DNA of 64,000 nt from Anolis carolinensis. Its lineage: Eukaryota. Shown here one piece after another: positions 62,852 through 64,000 of this stretch. The position numbers were made by a program, and so were the translations under genes. Under the pieces are notes generated by a model. It had not been told where the DNA came from. It searched no databases and saw only the letters and a program-made list of their open reading frames with translations. Position 1 is the first letter of the stretch, and each line of letters opens with the position of its first letter. The stretch covers positions 7,768,317 to 7,832,316 of the forward strand of contig NW_026943824.1 in assembly GCF_035594765.1 (NCBI RefSeq). Direction: 5' to 3'.

Positions 62852-63117
62852 GGCCTCCGGTGACCTAGGGGATAATAGCCTTGTGACTTGAAGGTTGGGT
62901 TGCTGACCTGAAAGCTACCAAGTTCAAATCCCACCCGGGGAGAGCGCGGATGAGCTCCCTCTTTCAGCTCCAGCTCCATGCAGGGACATGAGAGAAGCCT
63001 CCCACAAGGATGGTAAAACATCAAAACATCCAGGCATCCCCTAGGCAACGTCCTTGCAGACGGCCAATTCTCTCACTCCAGAAGCAACTCCGGTTGCTCC
63101 TAACATGAAAAAAAAAT
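62852..63117 (+). mobile_element. tRNA-derived SINE with A-tail
   Basis: B-box-like gttcaaatccc, A-tail. Confidence 0.7.
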
Positions 63118-63129
63118 ATTATTATTGTT

Positions 63130-63490
63130 ATCTATGGCAGGCATCCTCAGAGGTTGCGAAGTCTGTTGGAAACAAGGCAAGTGGGGTTTATATGTGGAAT
63201 AATGTCCAGGGTGGGAGAAAGAACTCTTGTCTGTTTAAGGCAAGTCTGAATGTTTCAATTGGCCACCTTGATTAGCATTGAATAGCCTTTCAGCTTCAGG
63301 GTCTGGCTGCTTACTGCCTGGGGGGAATACTTTGTTAACCCCAACTGCCTAGCTTCCAATAAATCTCACAACCTCTTAGGATGCCTGCCAGGTGAAATGT
63401 CAGAAGACAATGCTGCTGGAATATGGCCATACAGCCTGGAAAACTCACAGCAACCCAGTGATTCCGGCCATGAAAGCCTTCGACAACACA
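63130..63490. mobile_element. Penelope-like remnant in inverted two-part arrangement
   Basis: 63130-63335 minus and 63337-63490 plus, both homologous to 5483-6345. Confidence 0.65.
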
Positions 63491-63828
63491 TCCTTCTCCT
63501 TCTTTCCTCCTTCTATCTTTTTTTCCTTCTCCTTTTTTTCTTTTTTTCCTTCTATCTTTACTTCTCCTTCTTTTCCTCCTCCTCCTCCTCCTCGTCCAGA
63601 AGGCCATTATTCCAGAACTCTTGACCAGCATCCTCATCCGCTAAACCCTTGCTTTCCTCCTGCAGCTTTGTGAGAAAGGCTTTGGGACTCCAGGGCTGGA
63701 CGATGAGCCTTGTAGTCTCCTGGACAGAGGTGATGGCCATTTGGGAGCTCTATCTCCTCATGATTCTGGGCATAACATAACCCATGTTACCCCTCTTTCT
63801 CCCCTTTTGCGCAGGGCTGCCAGGAAGG

Positions 63829-63913
63829 ATGTCCAGCGACCCGCCCCCTCCCTACCCCGGGGGCCCCTCAGCCCCTCTCATCGAGGAGAAGGACGGCTCC
63901 CCGTTCCCTGCAG
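63829..63913 (+). CDS. CDIP1: CDIP1 first coding exon (LITAF-like; gene continues beyond the window)
   Basis: Acceptor 63814; MSSDPPPPYPGGPSAPLIEEKDGSPFPA with PPPY and PSAP motifs; donor gtgagt. Confidence 0.93.
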
Positions 63914-64000
63914 GTGAGTGGCCCCGGGACCTCCCTCTGGACAGGGGCCCCCAGGGTCCCCTTGGCCCGGCCCACAACATCCACACGAGACCCCCATAAA

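Overview
Vertebrate (squamate, most likely Anolis lizard) genomic DNA, judged from its repeat complement: Sauria SINEs, Anolis-type SINE2, CR1/L2/R4 LINEs, Penelope-like elements, Helitrons and mariner/hAT MITEs. Six spliced protein-coding genes were reconstructed by hand, with exon phases checked wherever consecutive exons lie in the window. They are: the last exon of INTS15/C7orf26 (+); complete NAA60 (+, 242 aa, with a U12 AT-AC intron); a complete divergent FOXJ1 paralogue (+, 344 aa); complete MGRN1 (-, 16 coding exons, 547 aa); a C16orf96 orthologue (-, 16 exons, ~675 aa, probable GC-AG first intron); and the first exons of CDIP1 (+). The FOXJ1-like/MGRN1/C16orf96 trio mirrors the human FOXJ1/RNF157/QRICH2 block, so it looks like a whole-genome-duplication sister locus that kept a second FOXJ1, while UBALD1 is missing from its expected slot. 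Other highlights are a long stop-free CR1 ORF2, minimal hammerhead ribozyme motifs in Penelope-like remnants, a Helitron bracketed by a 60-bp duplication and carrying a 2-kb solo LTR, a 29-bp minisatellite built from a ZNF143/THAP11-like motif, and an octamer-motif cluster in MGRN1 intron 1. Most short ORFs in the supplied track are spurious. Gene names and human synteny come from recall, not database searches.
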